This document shows, piece after piece, positions 1-9,314 of a stretch of 64,000 nt of DNA. The stretch is taken from positions 1-64,000 of IMG/VR virus record IMGVR_UViG_3300046005_000547, one strand, 5' to 3'. The notes beneath the pieces were generated by a model. The model had not been told where the DNA came from. It searched no databases and saw only the letters and a program-made list of their open reading frames with translations. The first letter of the stretch is position 1. Every line of letters starts with the position of its first letter. The translations under genes and the position numbers were made by a program.

Positions 1-345
1 TTCATTATGTGAATGGAAATCCTTTATATTAGATAATACAGTTGAAAATTTTAATGTTGCATTTCCTTTATTAGATTCATCTTGTAGATAATTATCAGAA
101 CCTTTAATTTTGAAATCAACTTCATAAGATGCAGATTTATTTGTATCAGTCAATTTATCTTCATCGATAAATTCTAACCCATCATCAGAAAATGATTTGT
201 TTTTAGTGAAAATCGTTTCATATTCAACATCATCAATCATATAGTAATAATGAAATTTATTCAATTCCTTCTTTGTTCCTATAATTTTTGCTGGTGTTGA
301 ATCCAACGATTCGTTTAATTCTCTCCATTCATTAAACGATAACAT
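1..345 (-). CDS. hypothetical protein (partial, runs off window), candidate internal head protein
   Basis: Manual translation from ATG at 345 (GGAGG RBS at ~353-357): MLSFNEWRELNESLDSTPAK...; frame stays open to base 1; not in the ORF track. Confidence 0.7.
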   Translation of the reverse strand, partial: MLSFNEWRELNESLDSTPAKIIGTKKELNKFHYYYMIDDVEYETIFTKNKSFSDDGLEFIDEDKLTDTNKSASYEVDFKIKGSDNYLQDESNKGNATLKFSTVLSNIKDFHSHNE

Positions 346-412
346 TAGATAACCTCCGTGGAATCAATAACGCTCCATCCTTCTCTATTCATTTTATTCT
401 CCTCTAAACAAA

Positions 413-1795
413 TTATTTATGAATAATACAATTATGCGTAGCTCTACTACAAGCCACATAAAAACTTCTTAATGATTCTTCTTTGTTATGATTACAGAAA
501 ATGTCTTTGGCATGAACTATAACATTTGAATAAGTGGAACCCTGAGAACGATGAGAAGTAATACAATACACTTGTCGAATATCTGTAAAGTGTTTTTGTA
601 CAAGATAGAACAATTCCCAGTTGATTCCAAACATATTAGTTCTAGCACATGTTGACATAAATTCAGTCAACATCTTCAATTCATTCTTATCTGCTGGAAT
701 AACAAATGAATGTCTCGATTTGTCTGATAATTTACATGTAACTAGATATCTCCTGACAACATGTTTAGTAAATATCCATCCTTTGGATATTTGTCTCTGA
801 TTTGGTTCATATACAAATGGTTCGATTTCCTCTAAGGATACAATACTCGCTTCTGTTTCAGTTGGGCAGATAATCTTATCCCATCCTTCATACATGATTT
901 GATTCTTATTGAATTCGACAAATGTACTCACAGTATGCATCGGTTTAGAGAACGCAAAATGTTCACCAATTGCAAATGGTTTGTCCAAATTGGGATACCT
1001 AATCTTCTGTATAGTTTCATTGAACCAATCAACTGTCTTATTACGCCAAGCAATTACTCTAATTAAATCAGGATCTGAATCAAACTTTGGATCTGTAAAT
1101 GCATGGTAGATAATGTTCATCATTTCATGATTATCAACTTCATGAACTCCGATATCTCCAATTTCATTGGTCTTTGTTTCAACTGCAGGCATCTTGTATA
1201 CATTATTATCTAATTGATGCCTAATGGTTGTACACAAATCAAGAATCGGATTACCATGTTTCTGTCTGATGACTTCAGTTAGATAGATCTTATTGTCGAT
1301 ATTAAATGTAGGAGATTCAGTTTCATTCACTGGATTCAACTGATTGTTATCTCCCATGAATATAACTTTGGCATTAGATGAGAACATAACGCCTTTGTTA
1401 ATGTAATCAAACAATTCCGAATCAACCATGGACATCTCATCACAGACCACCAAATCAAATTTATCAAATGATGAATTACCACTTGGTGTCAATTTCTCCT
1501 CACCATTTCTATTGATTTTCATTGTCAAACCGAGTAGTGAATGTATCGTTTTACATTCAACATTTAGTCCTCGTTTGATTGACATATTCTTTAGAACTTT
1601 GGTTGCCTTATTAGTGGGAGAGGTAAAACAAATCTTTAATCCTTCTGGTAAATAGTCAAGGAACTCAACAATGACTGAACTTTTACCAGAACCCGCTGGT
1701 CCAATTAAACAAATGTAATCTTCACGCTTGTTACCAACAAACTCCACTAGATTACCGATTGCTCTATTCTGTTGTGATGTTAATACAATTTTCAT
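413..1795 (-). CDS. dda: Dda-like SF1B DNA helicase
   Basis: GPAGSGKS Walker A, SPTNKA, DEMSMVD, GDNNQLNPV, ITSHRSQGSTY, YVACSRA helicase motifs. Confidence 0.92.
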   Translation of the reverse strand: MKIVLTSQQNRAIGNLVEFVGNKREDYICLIGPAGSGKSSVIVEFLDYLPEGLKICFTSPTNKATKVLKNMSIKRGLNVECKTIHSLLGLTMKINRNGEEKLTPSGNSSFDKFDLVVCDEMSMVDSELFDYINKGVMFSSNAKVIFMGDNNQLNPVNETESPTFNIDNKIYLTEVIRQKHGNPILDLCTTIRHQLDNNVYKMPAVETKTNEIGDIGVHEVDNHEMMNIIYHAFTDPKFDSDPDLIRVIAWRNKTVDWFNETIQKIRYPNLDKPFAIGEHFAFSKPMHTVSTFVEFNKNQIMYEGWDKIICPTETEASIVSLEEIEPFVYEPNQRQISKGWIFTKHVVRRYLVTCKLSDKSRHSFVIPADKNELKMLTEFMSTCARTNMFGINWELFYLVQKHFTDIRQVYCITSHRSQGSTYSNVIVHAKDIFCNHNKEESLRSFYVACSRATHNCIIHK

Positions 1796-1796
1796 A

Positions 1797-2219
1797 TTAT
1801 GGTAAACTTACAAAAATATCGAATGTATATTCAGCAGATTCAACTATAATCTTCTGGGTTCCTAATTTTGCTATATGTTTACCTTTTGGTAAAATTGTTA
1901 TAATGAATAGATGTTTGTTCAATGAATTTGATATTTTCTTATCCACTTTAAAATCACAAACAATCCCGACTTGTTTGCTATTTGAATAGAATAAAAATGC
2001 CGCCGTTTTTTTATCTTTAAATTCATTTTCATGTAAAGACAACCATTCTATACCTTGATTCAATGTTTCTTTTATTTCATCGTCTGAAATATCTCTTTCA
2101 ATTTTTCGTTCGTTAGAATGTGATGTATTATAAACAAAAATTGTTCGTCTATTCATTGTTGATGTCAAAAATGCATTTCTTTCTGCAAGAAATTCTTTAA
2201 ATGTTTTAATAGAATTCAC
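1797..2219 (-). CDS. candidate internal head protein, DUF4258/RNase-toxin-like fold
   Basis: N-terminus MNSIKTFKEFLAE resembles the T4 capsid targeting sequence; HSNERKIERDISDDEI and IITIL segments recall DUF4258-like proteins. Confidence 0.4.
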   Translation of the reverse strand: MNSIKTFKEFLAERNAFLTSTMNRRTIFVYNTSHSNERKIERDISDDEIKETLNQGIEWLSLHENEFKDKKTAAFLFYSNSKQVGIVCDFKVDKKISNSLNKHLFIITILPKGKHIAKLGTQKIIVESAEYTFDIFVSLP

Positions 2220-2430
2220 GTTTTTTAATTTCCTTCAATTTGATTTTAGTTAATTTGTAATCCTTTGATTCTACTATAATAGAATCAATTCCGCAATTAG
2301 GACAACTGTAATAATCATCATCAATTTCAACATCATTTGATGAGAATATAGAACAACAATAATAACATCCACATCTTTTGCTATTTTGTATTTCTTCTAA
2401 TGACAATTTATAATTTGGCATGGTTTTCAT
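2206..2430 (-). CDS. small Cys-rich (Zn-binding) conserved protein
   Basis: CGCYYCCSIF...CPNCGIDS motifs. Confidence 0.6.
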   Translation of the reverse strand: MKTMPNYKLSLEEIQNSKRCGCYYCCSIFSSNDVEIDDDYYSCPNCGIDSIIVESKDYKLTKIKLKEIKKREFY

Positions 2431-2483
2431 AATTTGATAAATTTATAATTTTTAAAGATGACATATAATAATACGTTTTAATA

Positions 2484-2882
2484 CTAAAATAAAGATATTT
2501 TATTTTTATGTTCTAACCATTTATTACGTAATTCCCATAATACAGTTGCCTGACAATTGTTTCCTTCCTTACCAAATATATCAGACAACCCTGAATACTT
2601 TGTTAATTCGTCCAGTAGATAAGGATTCTCCTTGATATATTCAATCCATAAACTTCTATACAATTTTGTACATTCATCCATATTGACAATCTTATGATGT
2701 TTCTGATAAGATTTACATTCCTTTGGTTCTAAACCTGTTACTCCATCATCAAACACTTTAGATGCTTGGTAAATGTTCTCAATTGTATTATGTCTTGATT
2801 TAATGTAAGCAAAGAACGCCGAGAATCGTTTATTTCCTTTGGATGAACATTCCAAGAAGGGGTCTTCTCCGTGTCTAACCAT
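2484..2882 (-). CDS. conserved phage protein, possibly NADAR-like
   Basis: SSKGNKRFSAF...IENIYQASKVF motif; the family assignment is weak. Confidence 0.35.
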   Translation of the reverse strand: MVRHGEDPFLECSSKGNKRFSAFFAYIKSRHNTIENIYQASKVFDDGVTGLEPKECKSYQKHHKIVNMDECTKLYRSLWIEYIKENPYLLDELTKYSGLSDIFGKEGNNCQATVLWELRNKWLEHKNKISLF

Positions 2883-3123
2883 GAATCATCCTTTGTCTAT
2901 ATTTGATTTCTCGATTAACCCAAAATTCAGCAGTTGAACCTAATACATGTTCTAATCTAACTGCCACATTGTATGTTATAGGAACTTCTCCTGATAACAA
3001 TAAACAAATAGAATCATACTGTATTTCCATCAATCTAGCAAACTCTTTATCGTCTATTCCTTTTTCATTGAGTAAATCTTTAATTGTATCTGATGGTGGA
3101 GAATTGTAATCTGGTGTAAACAT
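2875..3123 (-). CDS. HigA-like HTH antitoxin/regulator
   Basis: FTPDYNSPPSDTIKDLL...GEVPITYNVAVRLEHVLGSTAEFW follows the HigA pattern; likely start MFTPDY. Confidence 0.8.
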   Translation of the reverse strand: MFTPDYNSPPSDTIKDLLNEKGIDDKEFARLMEIQYDSICLLLSGEVPITYNVAVRLEHVLGSTAEFWVNREIKYRQRMIHG

Positions 3124-3177
3124 ATAAATCCTAAGCAAATAAAAACCGATATGAACTTAATCATATCGGTTTGGTAA

Positions 3178-4656
3178 TTATAATGATTTGTTGACGAGTT
3201 GTCTAATTTCAGCCAACGTTGTTTCCTTGACCAATTTTCCATCTTTGAATACAACTTCTAAACATCCATGTTTTTCTTGTTTTGCATCAACGTCGTCATT
3301 CAATGTATATTGTCCATTTTCATGAGATACCATCAACAATCCTTTGGCAGATTTTTTGGTTCCATCAGAATCCGTTTTTGGGTCTTTGAAAATTGGTTTA
3401 CCAACTCCATTAACCTTGACGTATGTGGACTTAAACGCAATTCCGAAACTATCTCTTGAGACCATTCCGTAAGTGTACGATCCTACTCCAAATACAATAT
3501 TGTTGGACGCAAATCCTTTTTCCATCAATTTTCGTAGGATAGTGTCCTGACGTTCTAATGTAATTGAATCACCATAGATTGCTCCGATATGTGGGTCTAA
3601 TTCTTTATATCCTTTTGAATTAATTGTACCACCGAATGTTTCCCATAAACATTCAATCAATCCTTTTTGTTCTGGAGATCTACCATTCAATACAGAATAT
3701 GTTCCGCAGATAATATCAACAGGATCCCCCGAATCTGGGCGGATTGTAAGTTTCCCGTTACGATTCATGATTGTATCTTTTAATGCGGGTAGATACTCCG
3801 TAACTAATTGCCAGAAGTCCCACGAATCGGAAACCATTGAGAAGATTCCATCTGGATAAACATCTTCAATTAAATGACGGATTGATTCCAATTCATTTTC
3901 AACTCCGTAAGAAGTCTGGGTACTATGTTCCGAGGCGGGAACCGAGCAACCAACCAATTCTTCATCGATGTTTGCTCCATAATAATCTTCAGCCAATTCA
4001 ATAGCTGGTAATGTATCAGTACCAACAGAACCCATTGCCAATACAGCAAACCCAGATACAGCAGCAGATTGTCTATTCTGCATACCTCTCATACTAAAAT
4101 CATGATTCTGAAATGGAACAAACGAATTATCATTACATGTTAATTCTGAATACTTCAAACTGGTTTTCTTGAATTCCATGTAACGTGTTGCCGAAGCGAT
4201 TCCAAGCCACATTTCACAACTCAATACAGTTTCAATGTAATTAGTCAACCAGAAGAACTCTGGGATATTATTGATTACAGTCAACAAAGGAACTTTAAAA
4301 GGAACAAACGAACCCTCTGGTAATGCTTTGATTGTGATTGGCAAATATCCCAAATCATGTAATACTCCGATATGCGATACATCAACATCAGAATTCAACA
4401 TTTTATCAACAAATCGTTTGTATCGTTTTACGACTTGGTCTCTTGGTTTAGAAAAGAATGATGTATTCCATTCATCAATTAGATATTCCTTTACAAAATG
4501 TTGTAATCCAACAAAATAAACACCTTTACAATCTTTGATTCCTGAATGTTTACCAGAACGAGCGGTGAAGTTTGAATAAACGACTTCCGTACCTTGGATG
4601 TATTGTTTGATGTGTCCTAATTTATAAGCATCTGTTTGTAATAATGCGTTGTTCAT
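3178..4656 (-). CDS. nadV: nicotinamide phosphoribosyltransferase family (Nampt/NadV; Namat-like)
   Basis: TDAYKLGH, DFSMRG, SEHS, VSDSWD, IRPDSGDP, IYGDSIT, FGVGS motifs. Confidence 0.93.
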   Translation of the reverse strand: MNNALLQTDAYKLGHIKQYIQGTEVVYSNFTARSGKHSGIKDCKGVYFVGLQHFVKEYLIDEWNTSFFSKPRDQVVKRYKRFVDKMLNSDVDVSHIGVLHDLGYLPITIKALPEGSFVPFKVPLLTVINNIPEFFWLTNYIETVLSCEMWLGIASATRYMEFKKTSLKYSELTCNDNSFVPFQNHDFSMRGMQNRQSAAVSGFAVLAMGSVGTDTLPAIELAEDYYGANIDEELVGCSVPASEHSTQTSYGVENELESIRHLIEDVYPDGIFSMVSDSWDFWQLVTEYLPALKDTIMNRNGKLTIRPDSGDPVDIICGTYSVLNGRSPEQKGLIECLWETFGGTINSKGYKELDPHIGAIYGDSITLERQDTILRKLMEKGFASNNIVFGVGSYTYGMVSRDSFGIAFKSTYVKVNGVGKPIFKDPKTDSDGTKKSAKGLLMVSHENGQYTLNDDVDAKQEKHGCLEVVFKDGKLVKETTLAEIRQLVNKSL

Positions 4657-5098
4657 TTTACTGTTCCTTATTGTTGTGTTAAATTTGTTGAAACTTTGTA
4701 TTTTGGATTTACAATAGATTCTTTGATTCGATTGTATTCATCTAATGAAATTTGATTCGTTTTACCTTCTGATGTATGTAATGTAAAACTGTTACGAGAA
4801 ATCATATACACAATAATAGAAGGTTCTGACGAATCCTCGTCAAATTCAAATCCTTCAATTTTAGAATCTTTTAATACCAATGTTTTTGTTTTACAGTTAA
4901 ACGTTCTCATGATTTATTTCCTTTGTTTATTAAAAATGTGTTTTAGATTTCGATAACAAATTAAGAATGTCTACGTTTTTAATGGTTTCAACGCCAAACA
5001 ACGGTTGATTTAATTCAACTTTCTTAATTGGTTCATTCTTATTATCGTCTATCTTTTTGTAATAGTCAAGACATTCTTTAAATGTTATTGTATCCATT

Positions 5099-5491
5099 TT
5101 ACTTTCCTCGAACTTTTAATACCAATGATTTACACATTTCAAAAGTATATGCTAAACCAGCTCGATCGTCAAGTAAAACATTGAAGAATGGTTTTCTTGT
5201 TTTAAACAAAGGAGATTCATTAACGTAATCGGGAACAATACCAATTGATTTACAATATTCAACAGCTTCCTGCAATTCATTCCCTTCTCTACATGTAAAC
5301 AGAATCAACTTACAATTAATTGATTTGAGATCATGTAACAATTTAACCATCTCAGGAAACGTATCCCCTAATCCATGTACATCATAAATTGTATTGTCGA
5401 AATCGAATCCAATGTATAATGAACCATGTTTTTTATATTCTTCCAATAATCGTTGGAACGCCGTTGTATCGCTTAAAAATCTATCTTGCAT
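5099..5491 (-). CDS. HAD-superfamily hydrolase
   Basis: FDFDNT motif I, LFTCRE, LLDDRA; likely start MQDRFL with GGAG upstream. Confidence 0.75.
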   Translation of the reverse strand: MQDRFLSDTTAFQRLLEEYKKHGSLYIGFDFDNTIYDVHGLGDTFPEMVKLLHDLKSINCKLILFTCREGNELQEAVEYCKSIGIVPDYVNESPLFKTRKPFFNVLLDDRAGLAYTFEMCKSLVLKVRGK

Positions 5492-5492
5492 A

Positions 5493-5702
5493 TTATACTC
5501 CGAAAACATCATTAACAAATAAACGAGGATCTTCATTTTCATCATCATAGAACGAATTTGTTGTGATAATTAAATCAATACCATCATCAAACAATACATC
5601 TAATCCTTTTGAGAAGATTCCATGTGTTGCGTACAAATACACTTTACCAACATTACGTTGTTTCAACACTTTGACAATTTCTTGGAAGGTTCTACCACCG
5701 TC
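5493..5702 (-). pseudogene. stranded original 3' end of prs (69 codons, no start codon)
   Basis: Translates DGGRTFQEIVKVLKQRNVGKVYLYATHGIFSKGLDVLFDDGIDLIITTNSF...*; 34 of 51 residues identical to the C-terminus of ORF 6688-7542. Confidence 0.9.
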
Positions 5703-5745
5703 GTATTAAATAATTTTATCATAATTTATATAAAAGGAAAAAGTA

Positions 5746-6687
5746 ATGGAAAATTTAAAAGATTTTTTATATCAACAATTATCATCCAAATCTAAAAATA
5801 ATTTTTACACTAAGCGATATATCAATTTCATGATTTCTAGAAACGATAAACCAAAAAATGTATATACGGAATTGCATCATATTTTACCAAAAGCGAAAAC
5901 TCAATTTCCAGAATATAAAAATCTTGTAAAATACCCTTGGAATGGGATCGAATTAACTGGACAAGAACATTTTATAGCACATTGGTTATTATGGAAATCG
6001 CAAGGCGGTTTTATGGCATACGCATTTATTGGTATGAGAAGGTGTAATGATTATCAAACTGATAGATATTTTAAAATTAATGGAAAATCGTACGAAAAAT
6101 TAAAAGAAGATGCATCTGCTGCGCAATCTAATAGAATAATTTTAGAATCCACCAGACAAAAGATTTCCATATCAAATAAATCTAGACCAAAAGGTGTGTG
6201 TCCTCATTGTAATATAGAAATGGATATTTCTAATTTAAAAAAATACCATTTAGATAATTGTAAAGTTTTTACTGGTAAATTGGTTCATGATATTAAACAA
6301 AATTTAGAAATAGGGAATTGTCCTCATTGTGGATTAGAAGGTAAAATGCAAGGATTATTGGCAACCCATTTTGACCATTGTCCAAAAATAAATAATTCTA
6401 GGAAAATAACTAAATTTTTTGATTGTCCTCATTGTAATAAAACTTTACCAGATACGCAAAATGTTAGAAATTTACATTTTGATAATTGTACTGTTTTCAC
6501 GGGTATTAAAAGAGAACCTAGTGATAAATTTAAAGCAGCAAATTCAAAAAGAGGTAAACCTGGGGTACCTAAACCAAAAATACAATGCCCTCATTGTAAT
6601 CATATAGGCACCCCAAAACGTATGTTACAAAATCATTTTGATAATTGCATTGCTAAAACAGATTCTAATTTAGATAATTTTATGTAA
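5746..6687 (+). mobile_element. free-standing HNH homing endonuclease with four CxxC-H-C Zn-finger repeats
   Basis: YTELHHILPK...EHFIAHWLLWK HNH domain; four CPHC...H(L/F)D(N/H)C repeats; inverted relative to neighbouring genes. Confidence 0.85.
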
Positions 6688-7542
6688 CTAATTAAAAATT
6701 TCAATAATATGCAATCTTTCATGGTTTGAATTTTCTATAAAAGAATTTGTCGTAATGATTTTACATATACCTGAATCTAAAATTGGAATGATTCCAATAT
6801 CAAAAATTCCATGAGTTACGTAAAGATATATTTTACCAACATTTCTTTGTGATAGAATTTTAGATATTTCGATAAAAGTTCTACCACCTGAACAGATGTC
6901 GTCTACAATCAATACGTCTTTACCATTGAAATCATCTCTATACACTTCTGTTCTGATGATATGACCGGACGAATCCCTTTCTTTATTTGCTTGGACAACA
7001 TCCAATGAAAGTTTAGATGCCAATTTGTAAATCTTTTTAGATGCACCAAAATCTGGCGATAATAACACTAGATTATCTAAATTGATTTTATCATCCAATT
7101 CATCAATACATTCAGAAGCAATTTGGTATTGTTCAATGTTGATAATGTTATCAAATAAAGCCAGAGATGTATCTGAATGTACATCAAATGTAACAATTCG
7201 ATTGTAATTTTGATTGTTGATTAAATCAGCAAACACTTTCAATGATAATGATTCGCCGTCGTCAGACACTTTATCTTGTCTAGCATACGGTAAATAAGGA
7301 GTGACCAATGTTAATGGTATCTTAGAACCATAATGTAATCTTAATGCGTTTGTTACCATCAACAATTCCATGATGTCATCAGATGATTTAAGTCTGGTCT
7401 GAATTTCAACTTCATATACATTTTTTGGAGTATTCTTCAATTGTACATGAACTTCTCCACCAGAGAATTTGAAGAAATTAACATCTTTCAATACTGCATT
7501 AGATGAATCATCTGTTAGAAAATTTAAACTTACGATACTCAT
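6688..7542 (-). CDS. prs: ribose-phosphate pyrophosphokinase family (Prs; Adps-like)
   Basis: FSGGEVHV, PYLPYARQD, FDVHS, SPDFGA, IVDDICSGGRT, VTHGIF. Confidence 0.92.
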   Translation of the reverse strand: MSIVSLNFLTDDSSNAVLKDVNFFKFSGGEVHVQLKNTPKNVYEVEIQTRLKSSDDIMELLMVTNALRLHYGSKIPLTLVTPYLPYARQDKVSDDGESLSLKVFADLINNQNYNRIVTFDVHSDTSLALFDNIINIEQYQIASECIDELDDKINLDNLVLLSPDFGASKKIYKLASKLSLDVVQANKERDSSGHIIRTEVYRDDFNGKDVLIVDDICSGGRTFIEISKILSQRNVGKIYLYVTHGIFDIGIIPILDSGICKIITTNSFIENSNHERLHIIEIFN

Positions 7543-7596
7543 ATATGTTCCTATAATGTAAAATTAAACAGCAAGGTAATTATAATGTAATTCTGT

Positions 7597-7637
7597 AAAA
7601 AGAAAATGGAATCTAAGACATAATCCTAGATTCCATT
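7597..7637 (-). terminator. intrinsic terminator after terD
   Basis: aatggaatcta/tagattccatt stem followed by a T-run on the minus strand. Confidence 0.7.
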
Positions 7638-7641
7638 CATA

Positions 7642-8217
7642 TTAGATATAGATACCAAATTGATTAGCCAACGCTTTCAATCCACCAGAATATCCTTGAC
7701 CAACTGCTTTGAATTTCCATTCATTATTGTATCGATAAACTTCGCCAAAAATCATGGCAGTCTCAGACGACGCACCTTCCGTTAAATCATAACGTAAGAT
7801 TTCAACGCCAGTGTCTTGGTTAATCAATCGAATATACGCATTATTGACTTGACCGAAGTTCTGACGACGTTGTTCTGCTTCATGGATTGTAACAGTAATA
7901 CTAAATTTATCAACATCTTTATGTGCGAGATTCAATTTGATTACAATTTGTTCATCATCTCCGTCACCAGAACCCGTTAGATTATCGCCAAGATGTTCTG
8001 TTGAACCATCAACTGATTTCAATTGATTATAGAAGATAAAATCCGAGTCAGAACGCGTCTTACCATTTGTCAATAAGAAAGCCGACGCATCCAAATCAAA
8101 CGGAGCCCCATCAGTTGTTCTGGCATCCCAACCTAATCCAACAACGATATTGGTTAATGATGGATCGATTTTTGTTAAAGATAAGTTGTTACCTTTTGTT
8201 AATGTTAAAGATGTCAT
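7642..8217 (-). CDS. terD: TerD-family stress protein
   Basis: LGWD...FDLDASAF...FIFYNQ...[15 protein letters not shown]...WKFKAVGQG. Confidence 0.92.
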   Translation of the reverse strand: MTSLTLTKGNNLSLTKIDPSLTNIVVGLGWDARTTDGAPFDLDASAFLLTNGKTRSDSDFIFYNQLKSVDGSTEHLGDNLTGSGDGDDEQIVIKLNLAHKDVDKFSITVTIHEAEQRRQNFGQVNNAYIRLINQDTGVEILRYDLTEGASSETAMIFGEVYRYNNEWKFKAVGQGYSGGLKALANQFGIYI

Positions 8218-8226
8218 GATATATTC

Positions 8227-8964
8227 CTATAGATAAGATTTTGAAATTGTTGATACGATGTCGTTTAATGTTACATCGTTGGTTGAGTCACCGATTGCGT
8301 TGAATTTCCATTCATTGTTATGTTTATACAATTTACCAAGAATCATTGAAACTTTATTTTTAAATGTATCGTCTTTAGAGATGTTATAACCGGCAAGAAC
8401 GAAATCTACTCTAGACGGTGTTCCTTCATAGATTCTAATTGACGCAAAAGGAATGTCATTGAATTTTTGACCTCTGTAAGAATTCAATACAACAAAGATT
8501 TGGTCAACATCTGGTTTCAATTCGTTTAATTTAATTGAGATGATTTCATTATCTAATCCATCATCTCCGTTTGAATCACCAACTAAATCATCACCAGAAT
8601 GTGTAATTCCTTTACCTCTTAGATTACCAAAATAGATTAGTTCATCTTTCACTTTGTTTTTAAATGTAATACAACTTACATCTAAATCAACAGCTGTTCT
8701 TCCAATCATACCCCAATTCACGCCAACGCAGATATTGGTTAAAGATTTTCCATCTTTTTCTAATGTAATACGTTGTCCTTTAACCAATGTCAATTTTGGT
8801 TGAACTTGTTGTTTCTGTTTTTCCTGTAGAGCAGCTTTTGTTGCTTCAACAGATGTTTCAATGTTATCGATAACATTTCTAATTGTATTAAAAATACTCA
8901 TGTTCGGATTCTCCGGATTTAAAATTTTGATAAAACAGACGTCATGTTGAATGTAAATTCGCAT
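8227..8964 (-). CDS. TerD/TerZ-like protein with N-terminal coiled coil
   Basis: GVNWG, DLDVSC, GDDLVGDSNGDDGLDNEII, WKFNAIG; probable start at 8901 (MSIFN). Confidence 0.85.
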   Translation of the reverse strand: MRIYIQHDVCFIKILNPENPNMSIFNTIRNVIDNIETSVEATKAALQEKQKQQVQPKLTLVKGQRITLEKDGKSLTNICVGVNWGMIGRTAVDLDVSCITFKNKVKDELIYFGNLRGKGITHSGDDLVGDSNGDDGLDNEIISIKLNELKPDVDQIFVVLNSYRGQKFNDIPFASIRIYEGTPSRVDFVLAGYNISKDDTFKNKVSMILGKLYKHNNEWKFNAIGDSTNDVTLNDIVSTISKSYL

Positions 8965-9281
8965 TCAGTATCATTCACAATACCGATTGACATCATTCTA
9001 GTTTTTGGTAGATAAGGTGAAACTTGTGTGTTCTTGAAAACAATCAAAGCATTTGTCCAATTACATCCATCTTCAGAAACTTCAAGTTTAACTGTGAATG
9101 ATTTGTTGACTGAAGAAGCTCTTTCAAGCAATTCTTTAATTGGATGAGCTTGATGTCTGTTGTCTTCTTTGATAATCATTTCAAGAACTTTGTTTTTGTT
9201 TAATTTTGATGCGTTCATTTTATACCACCTTTGTAATTGATTTAGATTGATTTAAGTTCATTGGATTCTTCCAACTTGAAA

Positions 9282-9314
9282 TCTATTATAATGATTTTTC
9301 TTATCATCGAAAGA
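9282..9314 (-). promoter_or_regulatory. early-type promoter TCTTTCGA-N16-TATAATAGA
   Basis: exact motif, one of 7 copies, upstream of a gene start. Confidence 0.8.

Noticed and set aside
5703-6895. Group I intron in prs
   Set aside because: The endonuclease is antisense, there is no room for P/Q/R/S core elements, the putative intron would not end in G, and the upstream gene is already complete
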